Program-made: the position numbers and the translations under genes
Notes under the pieces: model-generated
The model's database searches: none
What the model was told of the DNA's origin: nothing
The model's input: the letters and a program-made list of their open reading frames with translations, nothing else
NCBI RefSeq assembly: GCF_006345805.1
Contig: NC_042999.1
Location: 95,046,001-95,110,000, forward strand
Origin: Octopus sinensis
Taxonomy: Eukaryota
DNA: 64,000 bases
Direction: 5' to 3'
Shown here: positions 1 through 11,784 of the stretch, piece by piece
Numbering within the stretch: the first letter of the stretch is position 1
Layout: each line of letters opens with the position of its first letter

Positions 1-1092
1 TACCTCTAGAAATTATGACTGGATTCTAGCAATTTAACATCGTTAAACCCTTAGAACTCCCCTCAGCAGTATAAAAATGTTTTGGTAATAAAATACATTT
101 TCTCCTTTTTATTCTCCCTTGCTTTGAAGCTTGTTTACGTGGTTGCACTTTCGCTTGCTTTCTCCCTTCTCAGACTTTGCACCGGTTATGTAACCGTCAC
201 AAACTTTTCACCAGTATTTTATATGTGTGTTTGTATATTCATATTTATTTTTGTCGATGTTTTATCGTAAATTATTTTCTCTTGTTTATCTCGCTTCCTG
301 AAATCCCACTTTCTCTTTCGTTTTAAACCCTTTACACGTGCTTATACCTTCGCTCGCTTTCTTTTACCACTTTCTGCGTACATGCGCACGGGTATGGCTG
401 ATGCAGTTAAGAAGTTTTCAAAAAGTAAATCTTTTCTAATATGTAGTATAATTTCTATTTTACTATCATTTATAGTATTAGAAGCCACAGTAAGCTTCAG
501 TAAAATTTGTATAATGTAGATTGAAAGTCGATGATGCTGGTTTGGGTGGATTTTAGAGTCATTTTATAATTAATATTCTTAAACCTACTAATAACTGCAT
601 TATTGTTGAACGTTAGTTACTTTTCTAATATTGTTATTGACGTTACCTACATTTTTCGTGCAAATTAATCCGATTTCGATTTAGCAGAGTTAATTCACCT
701 GTATTATGGGTTAGATGCAAAGATTTTTTTAAAGTACTTAAGTATAACAAACCTCGCAATCAAACCTATAATCCTATCTAATTTGTGAGCAAAATTATTA
801 TTTTGCTTCACTTTTATATTATTACATATTTACGCGCTAGCTTTTAGTAGCTGTTACTCTCTAGTCCATGAATTTTTTTTGTTTTTCGTTTTTTTGCTTT
901 TATTTTTGTTTTTATTTTAGTTTTAGCGATTAGCATTTTTGCACTAACCTTAAATTTGGAAAACTTTTTCGATAGCAATAATTTTAAATGCAATTATAAT
1001 CTTTCCACAAACAGGAAGAGCATTATAACCAACTAAATCAACCAAGAGCAGCTGTTCATTCAGAAATATATATATACCCACTAACTCAGTCA

Positions 1093-1494
1093 TGTAGTAC
1101 TGAGTCAACTGTATATGAAGCTCAAGCTACCTTCACCAAACTATACTTTGCTGTAGTACACAAACGCTGTAAATATTACTGGAGGGAAATTTAAAGAGCA
1201 AGGCTTTAACCATACTTCCTTAATTAATCACACTGAAGAGACAAAACTGAAGGAATTATCTAATTGCATCTAGCAACTGAGGCAAAATTAGACTAACTAT
1301 AATAAGGTGGAAGATTTTTCAGTGTTCGAAACTATATAAAAGTAAAAATTAATTTGTAAATTTTGCGACTAAAAATAATATCATTTATAAAACCTTTCAG
1401 ATTTCTGCTAAACTTCTTGTACGCGAGATCTGAGGTATTTGCCAAATGTAAGCATGTTGACAAGCATATATTGACATCCTGCAATTTGTTATAA
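1093..1494 (+). mobile_element. Decayed Penelope-like element (PLE), C-terminal GIY-YIG endonuclease remnant
   Basis: Hand translation across frameshifts gives CSTESTVYEAQAT / ITGGKFKEQGFNHTSL..ELSNCI*QLRQN..RWKIF / CKFC / RSEVFAKCKHVDKHILTSCNLL*. This matches the PLE GIY-YIG pattern (C..VY.A, FK.R..NH, LS..IW.LK, C.LC..E, R.E....C.H). Confidence 0.7.
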
Positions 1495-1529
1495 CCACCA
1501 TACACTCCTACCTCTGCACACTTAGATAT

Positions 1530-1565
1530 ATCATCTGATTATGTCCGTACAGAATACACGCATTC
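1530..1565 (+). ncRNA. Possible decayed hammerhead ribozyme motif in the PLE 3' repeat
   Basis: CTGATTA-TGT ccgt ACA-GAATAC lies about 40 nt after the GIY-YIG stop codon. Both core halves are mutated relative to CUGANGA and GAAAC. Confidence 0.3.
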
Positions 1566-1795
1566 ATTTAACTAATTGTGTATGTGTGTGCATTCCCACC
1601 TATATATACTACACTATCCAGTAACATTCTTTTCTCAATATTTTTATTATTCTTTACCTTTCAACTTATATTATTTTTAATTTTAATTTTCTTTTCATAA
1701 ATTTCCTTTAGTTTTTATTCTCTCATTTTCTGCAATTTCCAAAACTTACGTGGATATATGTAACTTATATTAATTTCCTGTTTGTTCTTTAAACT

Positions 1796-1848
1796 CTGTG
1801 TGTGTGTGTGTGTGTGTGGTGTATGTGTGTGTGTGTGTGTGTGTGTGT
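1796..1848. repeat. (TG)n microsatellite
   Basis: Direct reading of the sequence. Confidence 0.95.
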
Positions 1849-2989
1849 TGCTATGAGTTTTAAGAGACTTCATCAGCGAACAGCTCAACTTAGAAGGCAA
1901 GCGAAGTTTTGCTTGCGCGCGAACGGTTCAGTATTTCTTGTTCTACACGATCATTTAGCCTACCAGAAATAACAACTAAATCTCTTTTAAATCTCACCGT
2001 GCCATCCAAAAGAAAGACTTCCTAAATCGTATGACCTTGAGTGAAATGTGCCAGCGAAAACTGAAACAATTTGGCTCATGGGTAATAAGTGTGAATTAAG
2101 TAATTTGGCTCATAGGTAATAAGTGCTTAATAAGAAGTTATCCAGTGATAAACGACAACTTACAGCTCGATGAACTGGCCATAATGAGATAAATATTTAA
2201 ATTAGGGCTTCTCACACTTTTAACCACATCTCTTTCCTATAAACAGACAAAAACTAAAATAAACACTACAAAAGCACCTATCGCGCCTTAATTTTCTCTC
2301 TGTCCTTAGTACCTATATAAAATCCCCGCCACCCCTAAGAGGTGTTATTACCTAGTTTTAGAAACATAAGTTATACTGAACGGATATGAGCTGTCATAGC
2401 TTATACTAAACGGGTAGAAATTATTAAACTATCGGTTGGTGACCTGGTATCGCTTCATTTCTGGTTCTTGCAGTCTTTTAAAGTATTTTGCCTCTAATTA
2501 CTCAGTAGAATTATTGAAATATAATTCACATATACATATGCCTGTACTGTGTCTGCGTGTGTAATGTATGATTGTGCATACATTTGTTAATGGATTTGTT
2601 TATATGTACGCATAGGATTATATTTGCGTATATTTGATATATGTGTGTACGTTTGTGCATATGTGTATTTGTTTCCGCATTTATGTTTGGCACAACAATC
2701 CAAATTTTAAAAAGCGGGTGTATCAGACGAGGAAACTTCGGTAACTGTTAAATGTATCAACGAAATAAATACTTAACTGAAGTAAATACATTGGTCATTA
2801 TGTTCTGTTAAAAAGATCAGCCTTTGAAGTAAGTGCCCCCAGCATCGCGGTCCAGTTACAGAAATTATTACAAAAATGAAAGAATATGAATGTCCACATA
2901 TGTATATATCTGTTTGTAAGAATCGAAGAAAATAACTGATTCCTCTTTCGATTCTTTGAAGTATGACGTTTATATGAGTTTCTCATTTC

Positions 2990-3665
2990 TTTAAAACAAA
3001 ATTTCACTCATATTGAACGCATTTCCTTCATTGAGTGCTGCAAGGTCTCCTAAGCTATAGAGGTTGGGTGGTAGATGGCAAACAAGGCAGTGTTCCATAG
3101 TATGATCTGCTTCTCCACTTTCACATGGGATTGGGACGATCTTAATGCTCCAACTGAACAAAATAATTTTTGGTCCTCCCACTCTAGTTCTCAGACGGTT
3201 AAGTATCTTCCACAGGCTCTATGATACTTCCCAGCTAGGGAAGAGGACTTCAGAAGGAGAAATCCCCATGTCAAGAGAAGGAAGGTTATTCTCAACCTTT
3301 TTTCATTCAGAGATGGCGTCTGGTTTCCTCCCCGAGATGTTGTTGGAGTATGCACATGGCTAAAGAATATTCTTCATGACTTCAGTTATTGATCTGGCAC
3401 CTGACGACAATGGAGAAGATGGCTTTCATCACCAGTAGCTTGTGTCATCCTAACTCACATGATCACTTCTTGTCTGACATTGCCAGCGAGAAGGTGCAGG
3501 TTTTTTTTTTAGTAGGTGGTTTCCATGCAATCAGTGATAAAGCGGCAGATGTTGTTCAACGCTGGATCAAGTTCCTTGGTATGAGTTGATCTTTACTAGA
3601 CATATACTTTGCAGATGAATAACACAGGGCCGGAGCAGTGGATCATAGTGTGTATGCTGTGGTTC
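2990..3665 (-). mobile_element. Non-LTR retrotransposon 3' fragment (Ingi/Vingi-like, I group), decayed
   Basis: Minus strand gives STAPALCYSSAKY..LDPALNNICRFITDC..LHLLAG, then SLWKILNRLRTRVG, then a zinc-knuckle remnant CESGEADHTMEHCLVC. Clade call is from motif recall. Confidence 0.65.
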
Positions 3666-4139
3666 TTCATTTGAAATTTACAAGTTTCTGTTGAATTTTG
3701 TTTTGTGAACCAGCATTTAATTCAATATTTTTAACGTGCTCCTTCAATGAGGGTGTGCTAAAGTTACTGCAAGGTAGACGGTGTGGGTACCGTCTCCCAG
3801 TAGTAATCTAAAGTACTTGATGGTTTCACGATTCTTGGTATGTTGGTACATAAGGGAGTGCATTTGTAATCTCTCTCACATTTCCTACTTTCTCTTCATT
3901 CTCACCCTCCCACCTCTTTCACTTAACTCTGTCCCGTTTCTTTTTTTTCTCGTCTCTCCCTAATTCTTCTGTCCCTCTGCCTCCTACCTCTCTCTCTCTC
4001 TTCTCTCTCCACGTGGCCGGTGTTCGGCCAAGCCTGACCTTTCTTTCTTGGTTCGACTACCATCCGTGCAACATCTATATTCCTCCCTATGCTTGTCATC
4101 TCTTATGTCTCTGCCGTAAGGCTTCACTTCCACAAACAC

Positions 4140-5138
4140 CAGCTTAATTTAGTTAGTCCTTAGTCGAAAGACACCTGTTGTTAATATCTTTTATTTTCAT
4201 TTGTATTTGTCTACCATATCTCCGTTTTTCCGTCATTGCTTCCGTATAAATTCGCTGCTTCCTTCCGAGGAATCTAGTGCTCACACCGTGAGCCTTCCAA
4301 TATCTCAACATCACTGATGCGTTCCTCCCAATTAATGCCATAGATCCATCTGAGACACATTTGATGGAAACGTTCCAGCTGTTTAAGGTGGTATCAATAT
4401 GTGACTCAGGTCACGCAGGCATAAAGAAGAGAAGAGAGCACATACGCTTTGTACACCTTTATCTTTTTTTTTTCCTGCATATATCTCGCCAACTCCAGAG
4501 GCGCATTTCTAGCCTTCCGAAAGCATTACTTTCTTTCCTAGTTCTGTATGGAATTTCACTATCCAAATTGCTAAATCTATTAATGGTGCTTCCCAGATAG
4601 ACAAACTGATCAACTACACCCAGTCGTTTACCATGCACGTAGATATTTGGCTAACTATACTGCTTACCAGGGACGGGTTGATACATGACAACAGTTTTCT
4701 TGAGACTGACCGGCAATCCTAAGGCAGTGCAAGCATCAGAGAATGCATTCAAAATGTGTTGCATATCAGACTCTGTGTGCGCTACTAGATCATAATCCTC
4801 TGCATACAAAAGGTCTCTTATGATAGAGGTAAATGCCTTTGTTTTTGCAGCAAAGCGCCTGATATTAAATATGCTGCCAGAGGTTTGATAATGGATGTAA
4901 ACACCATATCTGCAGTTTCTGAACGCAATACAGAAAACCATCGCAAAATATATGGCAAACAGGATCGGTGCCAGAATATCCCCCTGTTTTACTCCGTTTT
5001 TTATTGAGATGGGCTCCGACATTTGACCTCTAACATTAACTCTACCCTTTATGTCTTCATGAAAAGACCTAACTAAAGCAAGGAACTTTTCAGGACAACC
5101 AAGTTTCTGGAAGATTTTCCACAGTGCATTTCTGGAGG
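4140..5138 (-). mobile_element. 5'-truncated RTE-clade LINE (RT core to C-terminus)
   Basis: ORF 4651-5286 contains GVKQGDILAPILFAIY and LLYAEDYDL (YADD variant). Downstream are VYKAYVLSSLLYAC and LERFHQMCLRWIYGINW. The N-terminus of the listed ORF is only translated microsatellite. Confidence 0.9.
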
Positions 5139-5262
5139 ACATACATACATACATACATACATACATACACACATACATACATACATACATACTCACATAC
5201 ACATACATACATACACACACACACATACATACACACACATACACACATACACAGACAGAGAG
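5139..5262. repeat. Compound (CATA)n/(CA)n microsatellite
   Basis: Direct reading of the sequence. Confidence 0.95.
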
Positions 5263-6811
5263 AAAGAGAGCTGATTGATCATGCATTTGAAACCATGATA
5301 TTCGTCTTCAATTCTGTTGTTCTTATATTCTGGAATACGAGCAGCTAATTATACAAAACCTCACCTCACTTAATACTTATTAATAAACAATGATAAAAGA
5401 TGTTGAACGGAATGTGGTGCTGCAGTTTTAATTCATGACTGAGCAAATTAATGACCAAAGCAATCATACCATGGCCGTTACATTTTTATCTGTTTCATTA
5501 TTGAAGGCGAATTACCTTTTTAAATGGTTTGGTTGTGATTTTATAGTTATTTCGCTACTATTTCTAACAATTCAAGAAACCTCGTTGAGCCTCTACTTTG
5601 GCTGGTAGATTCATTCGAGTAGATTAATTTCTCTTATATTCAGCACGCTTAAATCCAGAACTAAGTCATGATTCAGTAAAACTCTATAGTTTATAGACTA
5701 ATACTCACTCATAGACACACACACACACGAACACGCAAACACAGACCACACACACAAACATATGCACGCACACACGCACATATATACATGTCTATGCATA
5801 CATAGACGCATACATACAGACAAGAGCATATATAAATGAGGTGATGAAAAATACTATATTTGTCAATGTTGAAGACATTTATTTTTCTCAGCAGAACAGA
5901 GCCTGAATAATGATTCACTATGTCTCACACACCGGTAAAATTCGGTAATTAAATGTTAAAACCATTAAATATTTGCCCTACCTTTTGTAGTGTTATCTTT
6001 ACGGAAGACCTGTCTACTGAAGCATGACATTATGTTTCAACTGTTTTCCTCCTCTGATTTATTCGCGGCTTCTCACAAAACATCTCTGTTAATAGGAGAC
6101 CAATGCACTCTTCTACTGACTCTTTGATGTCGATAGTTATAACTTTAAATTTTTCTTGTATCACAATGTATCACCGTATTGTAAAGTCTGTTATAGAAAC
6201 GTGTTATCAACGGGAGACACTGGTTGGCTTGCAGTGAATTGATGTAATGTACAACGTGATTGATTTTTTCAAATATCATTGCTGTCTAATACAGACTCAT
6301 TTTGTCATACTTCCTCTGCTCTGCAGTTGTTTCATACAGCTGTACCACATTTCTGTTCGGCAATGTCGTCTATTACGACACTCCATTACAGAACCTTAGT
6401 TTGGTATTGCCATGCATAAATGTAGAGTTAATTGGTACTGCTATACATTATTGTACGCTAGCCCAGTATTGTCACACTATCATTGTACAGTAGTCAGGTA
6501 ATGACACACTGTAATAGTTAATTTAAAGGCTACTAGTGTCATACATAAAGCTTGAGTTTTTGGTACTGCTATACATTACTACAATAGTCTAATTTTTTCA
6601 TCACTGTATTACTACACTACATTATTGTGCTGTAGTCGAGTATTAAACACACTGCTTTACTGTACAATTGTCTTATATAGACGAACTTCTGTACTGTACT
6701 GTACTGACACATTGCATTATTGTACAGTAGTCTGGTATTATCATATTTTTGTTCAATCTGGTTCTCGGGAAAGGAGCATACCCGTGACTCTTACAAACCC
6801 TCCAAATCTAG

Positions 6812-7302
6812 TGTGAAGGATGTAATTAATGTTTATCTTGAACTATTTCATATAATCATCTGCGAGAAAGGCATGAGCATAGAAGGAATTCCAGGGGGTC
6901 AATGTTCTTGAAAAGAAGGTCAAGGTGTACTGGTTAGTGCTGGGTCTGTGGTTTTGTGACCAATATGGATGATGAGAGAATGATAGCACAGTGAGTCTGG
7001 CATGCCTGAGAGGATATGGCACGAGCCCAGATAATTCTGAGGAGCAGAAGCCATTATAATTGACCTAGAGACTAGAGAGAACGCTACGTAGCTATGCGCC
7101 TGAGGCTCTTTTTGGCTCCTGTCTAGGTTACCTGTGTGTGTGTATGAAGCAGTAGCACCTTCCCAGGTGTAAAGAGCAATACTCCATTGTGGACATCACC
7201 TGATTTTCGCAGTGTCAATAAATGAGTAACTGACTTATCGTTTGGCCCTGATGAGAATAGTCAGTCGTTGTGATATGGTGGAAAAGTCGTCTTTTACTGA
7301 CA
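6812..7302 (+). mobile_element. Possible solo LTR
   Basis: About 490 bp block, more GC-rich than its flanks, starting TGTGAAGGA, ending ..TTTTACTGACA and containing AATAAA near 7217. No matching target-site duplication was found. Confidence 0.25.
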
Positions 7303-7607
7303 GATGGCATTACTGTACAGTAATCTGGTATTGCTTAAATGCAAACTCTTGTTTTGTCCTTTGACATAAGTATCCTTCACAGCCTTCTTTAGACCTTTTC
7401 ACCACTCTTTGGGCGATGTTATTTTGAAATTTATTATAACTGTACAGTACTCTACAGTTCTTCATCAAGTAACTTCATGTTGTAGTACTGTTTGTTTGTT
7501 TTTGGGGTTTTTTTGTTTTTGTTTGTTTTTTTTTGTTTTGTTTTGTTTTTTGGGTTTTTTTTTGCTATATCAAATGGTGTTCATTATATTCATCATATAT
7601 TACTGTA

Positions 7608-8423
7608 CAGTTTAGAGTGAAAATCCCTTGTCCAAAATTCATGTGATCGAAAGTATTGTGGATATATAATTTTTCCGGATTTCGAAGTATTTTTATATTT
7701 ACATCTATAAAACGGGAAACTGGGGCTGGGACCCGAGTCTAAACAAAATATCCATTTATATTTCATGATATAGCTCATATATAGAGACAGACAGGCAGGC
7801 AGGCAGGCAGGTACATACATACATATTTTCAATGTAGTTCTATAAAAATTCTTTATACTTTTTTATCCATAATACCATCAGAAACGCAAGATTACCAGTC
7901 TCCACCTTAACCTAAAAGGTTAAACTGCACATGAACTTGAACATAAATGCCGCACCAAACATTAAAACTACGTCAGATCCGAGAAATTTGAAGAAGTTAC
8001 GCCATCGGTGAGGTAACTTCTCCCGCAAGATTTTCGGATCTAAAGTAGAACATACAGATTTTTGTATAAAAGTAAAAGATGGAATTTAATTACAGATAAA
8101 TGTAATGAAAACTGAAAATATTTTTGTAATTCTACTATAACGCTAGTGTCATTGCAGTGACACCTGCCTTATTAACGAGTAGTAGTTTTGTCGTAGTTGT
8201 CTCTCTTTGATTTTATTCACTTACATGATTTCTGGTTCTTTTATGAATACACGCTGCTCTAGTTTGTCAATAAGTCCATCATACATTTTCACCAGATTAT
8301 CTTTTGGACACCCTTTCCACTGTGTTCACAGTGCCATCTTCGTCATTATTATGATAAGGGTCACGCGTTATGCCAGTATTAACTTTTCGGATTATGGAAT
8401 CTTACATAAAGGATTTTCAACTC
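7608..8423 (-). mobile_element. Internally deleted Tigger/pogo DNA transposon (Tigger4/Zombi-like)
   Basis: Imperfect TIRs GAGTGAAAATCCCTTGTCCAAAAT (from 7615) and ..AAAGGATTTTCAACTC (to 8423). Minus strand of 8205-8350 reads HNNDEDGTVNTVERV/DNLVKMYDGLIDKLEQRVFIKEPEIM*VNKIK, which resembles a Tigger transposase C-terminus. Confidence 0.75.
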
Positions 8424-9829
8424 CATAACATCCACAGTAAAATATAATACTATTTCTCACGTTCTATTCTTTTTCAGTGCATTGATATGTCAAATCATAT
8501 CAGTGTAGAATGCAGTCTGGTATAATATCATTATAGAGTCTGTTTTATTACAAATCTCTGTACAGTAATTTTGTTATACCAAAGATCACTTCTACACACT
8601 TCAGTCTAGTTTTGATTCAGCTCATTTATTTTGTCAGATCAGACCAGAGTACTTTTCAGTCTAAGATTAACTAATTTCTCTATTCTAAGAAGACTTACAA
8701 AGTATCACATATTTTTATAATAGTCTGTTATTATCTGATCACAAAACTCATCGTTAGTTTAGTATTAGTTAGTGCACAGTACAATAGGTCATGTTAGACC
8801 TGTTTGTTATGAACATTGCATTGCACTACTTTAGTAACATTAGTAAAGTTACATTTAAGACTTGTCGACAATAACATTAGATGAGAATTGTATTTTCTTC
8901 AATATCTTTCTTTTATTGTCTGCACAGAAATCACTACCATTAAAAATTATATCAAGAAACAGAAGTAATAGCTACGGGTTACACATTAGCATTCATAATT
9001 CTATCATTTATGCGTAACATTTTGATGGCATATAATTGGATGTTGCAATATAGAATCCAGTTCCTTAGTTAAGATATATTGATGACACAAGCGTTGTTTG
9101 GTAGTACTAGGTTAGCGGGATACCGAAGTTCTACTTGGTCATAAGAATTCAGTACTTAATTCAATACAATTCCCTATGAAGAAAGGAATTAATAATCAAC
9201 TATGATTGTTTGATGGCCACGAAAAGAAACGGATGCCAGAATGTGTGTGTATGGAAAACTAATAGTCAGTGATCAGTATTTAAACTATGAGTCACAGAAC
9301 ACCCAATTCAAATAGAACTGTCTACATTGTGAAAGCATCTTATCAACATGAAATTTCCTAAATAATGGATACATTGTTGAAAAGAAAATATCATCGCTTT
9401 AACCGATGATATGTAGCCACTCACAAACATGAAGTAAAGAAAAAACTAAAATTTCTTCTGACTAACTTGTTAAAAACGATATGACAAAGATATACAAAAT
9501 CTCCTGATAATGCATAATCATAAGTGTTGCGAAGCAACACTAATCTGCGTATTTTTCACGAGAGTGAAATAAAAACATAATTTTGAATTTTAGGGGATAA
9601 ATATTTGCAGTTGTAACATTTCTAAGCTACAACTGCAACAGTTCGAATGAAATACCAGGTTAGACTTTAAATTTCAGAATAGGATAATTTTTTCACAGTT
9701 TCATTTTCAAGTAGTCTGTTGCTGGTAAAAGAGGGAGAGACAAAGAGAGCGTTCTCAGCAGGAAGATCTGGCTGGAATGTTTGAGGTAGACTGGAACTCT
9801 GCGCTGAAAGCACTCATGGGTCAGTTGGT

Positions 9830-9985
9830 GGTATTAAACCGGGCAAGTTTCCATTTACTAAGTTTCACTCGTATGGCGTTGGCCGATCTGTGGCAATGGT
9901 AGAAGACATTTGTCCAAATGTTTCAAGCAGTAGCATCGAACCTGAAACCCTGTATTCGCGAAAATACCTTAAACACATGCAGTTC
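9830..9985 (-). mobile_element. Old copy of tRNA-derived SINE family 1
   Basis: Reverse complement aligns by eye to the copy at 51244-51665. Confidence 0.6.
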
Positions 9986-10206
9986 CTTTGAGGAAGAGGA
10001 CATGTAAAAAAATCCGTTGTGTGAGAAAAATAAATTTGATTACTCTGGAACAAAAAGACTAAGTTTGTATCTAGCCTAGAATTCTCAATCCTCTCTTCTA
10101 TTTGTCACTGAATTATCCAGTGTTGGGCCGTTTGCTAAGAAGTGAGCTCTGGTAATTCAGTAATCCAACGTGGTTTTGATTCTCAATTATTCAAAGTTCA
10201 CTCCTC

Positions 10207-10240
10207 TTATGCCGAGAAAATTTTCCAAGTAGCATGAATG

Positions 10241-10303
<63 letters not shown>

Positions 10304-11572
10304 GGTTAAGTAATTGAGATTCTAGTGAATTCTAAAGAATTCACATGAATATGGTCCTTAACTAGGATGCACCGGAAATCTATATGGTGTTAACCATACG
10401 ACAAATGGGGTGATTACAAATAGGAAAAAAGCAACAAGAATGGATTAAAATCTCGGTACGATCGTTTCGTACGAGGACATCTTTTTTTAACCCATTACAA
10501 ATATTAGTTAGTTAAATCTCTTAATTTCTTTTACACTAAAAATTAATTCTGCTAATCCCAGACCTATCATAGTGTTTTGTGATGTGATATAATATATATC
10601 AAAATAATATAATATAATATAGTGTAGTGTATTATAGTATAGTATTTAATAATATAATTGTTTAATTTCATTTAAAAACAACCCCATTTTTCTTTCCTTT
10701 CTAATGACCTCTTTGTAACCTGACAATCTATTAATAGTAACATTTATAAATAAAGAAATAAATTGTTGACCTCAGTTCGAATTTTGTTCTAAACAAACTT
10801 AGACTTTTCTATTAGTATCAACTTGTGCCAATCCCCTTAGCTTCCCCTTTCCTTTCTCTTTGACAGCTTAAATAGCAGTAACTGATTAAGTTTCTACCTC
10901 CTTCCTCCTCTTTCTGTGATTCTTGATAAATTCATTAACAACCTGAACCGCTACAATATAAGACTGTCATTTTGCTTCTCATTCGGATTCCATGATATTT
11001 TTCGCATGATTGTACCCTAAATCTCTTCACAAAACTGGATTATGAACTATAAGGACATACACATATTTTGTAAGTTCAAGACTTTTTCATCGGATCTCCA
11101 AAAAATCGAACTTATCTGCGATCCTTGTAAATTTCAATAACAATCTGTTCCTCTACACGATATGACAGTCACTTTGCTTTTACTCAGACTTTCCTCTACA
11201 TGATATGGCAGTCACTTTGCCTCTTACTCGGATTTTCAGAAATTTTGCATGACTGTATCCGAAAATTTCTTCACACAACTTGATCAAATACTCAATATGA
11301 GCTATATGTAGACATGCATAAATTCTACAGGTTTAAAACCTTTCATCGGATCTCCATGAATCGAACTTTCTTCAATGCAGCTAATCTTACAACTTCTTTT
11401 GTATCTACCCCTTTTGATGTTTGGGAATTCTCTGATGTTTTTTCGGCTGACGAGTACGAGCCATCTGTATTCACTGCATTTTTTGTAGCTTATTAAAGAT
11501 GTCCTCGTACGAAACGATCGTACCGAGATTTTAATCCATTCTTGTTGCTTTTTTCCTATATATATATATATA

Positions 11573-11624
<52 letters not shown>

Positions 11625-11658
11625 CATTCATGCTACTTGGAAAAATTTCTCGGCATAA
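10207..11658. repeat. Segment bounded by long inverted repeats containing (TA)n
   Basis: 10207-10245 matches 11620-11658 with one mismatch, and 10420-10484 matches 11495-11559 exactly, both as reverse complements. Confidence 0.9.
11442..11527 (+). ncRNA. Type I hammerhead ribozyme, intact core
   Basis: Stem I UUCGG/CCGAG; core CUGACGA; stem II GUACGAG/CUCGUAC (7 bp) closing a 43-nt insert; GAAA; stem III AC-GAUC-GU (palindrome ACGAUCGU); GUA cleavage triplet, with predicted cut after A11522. Confidence 0.85.
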
Positions 11659-11748
11659 TATATATATATATTCAATATGTGACCGCATGTGTATCGTTGG
11701 AGATTTTCTTTCTCCGTCTTCCCCTCCTTGAATCTTACCTTTTCCTAT

Positions 11749-11784
11749 GTTTCTGACGAAGAGCTCCGCTCGAAACGTTAAGTC
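11749..11784 (+). ncRNA. Minimal type I hammerhead ribozyme within a short dispersed repeat (about 11690-11885)
   Basis: GUUU-CUGACGA-A-GAGC UCC GCUC-GAAAC-GUU-AAGU. Stem III is the palindrome ACGU, as in dimer-type minimal PLE hammerheads. Stem I is weak (two A-U and two G-U pairs). Confidence 0.7.

Noticed and set aside
7232-7290. Type III hammerhead-like arrangement (GACUU-A..CUGAUGA..GAAAAGUC) in the LTR-like block
   Set aside because: Stem III pairs, but stem I cannot form (UCGUUUGGCC) and the G10.1-C11.1 pair is missing.
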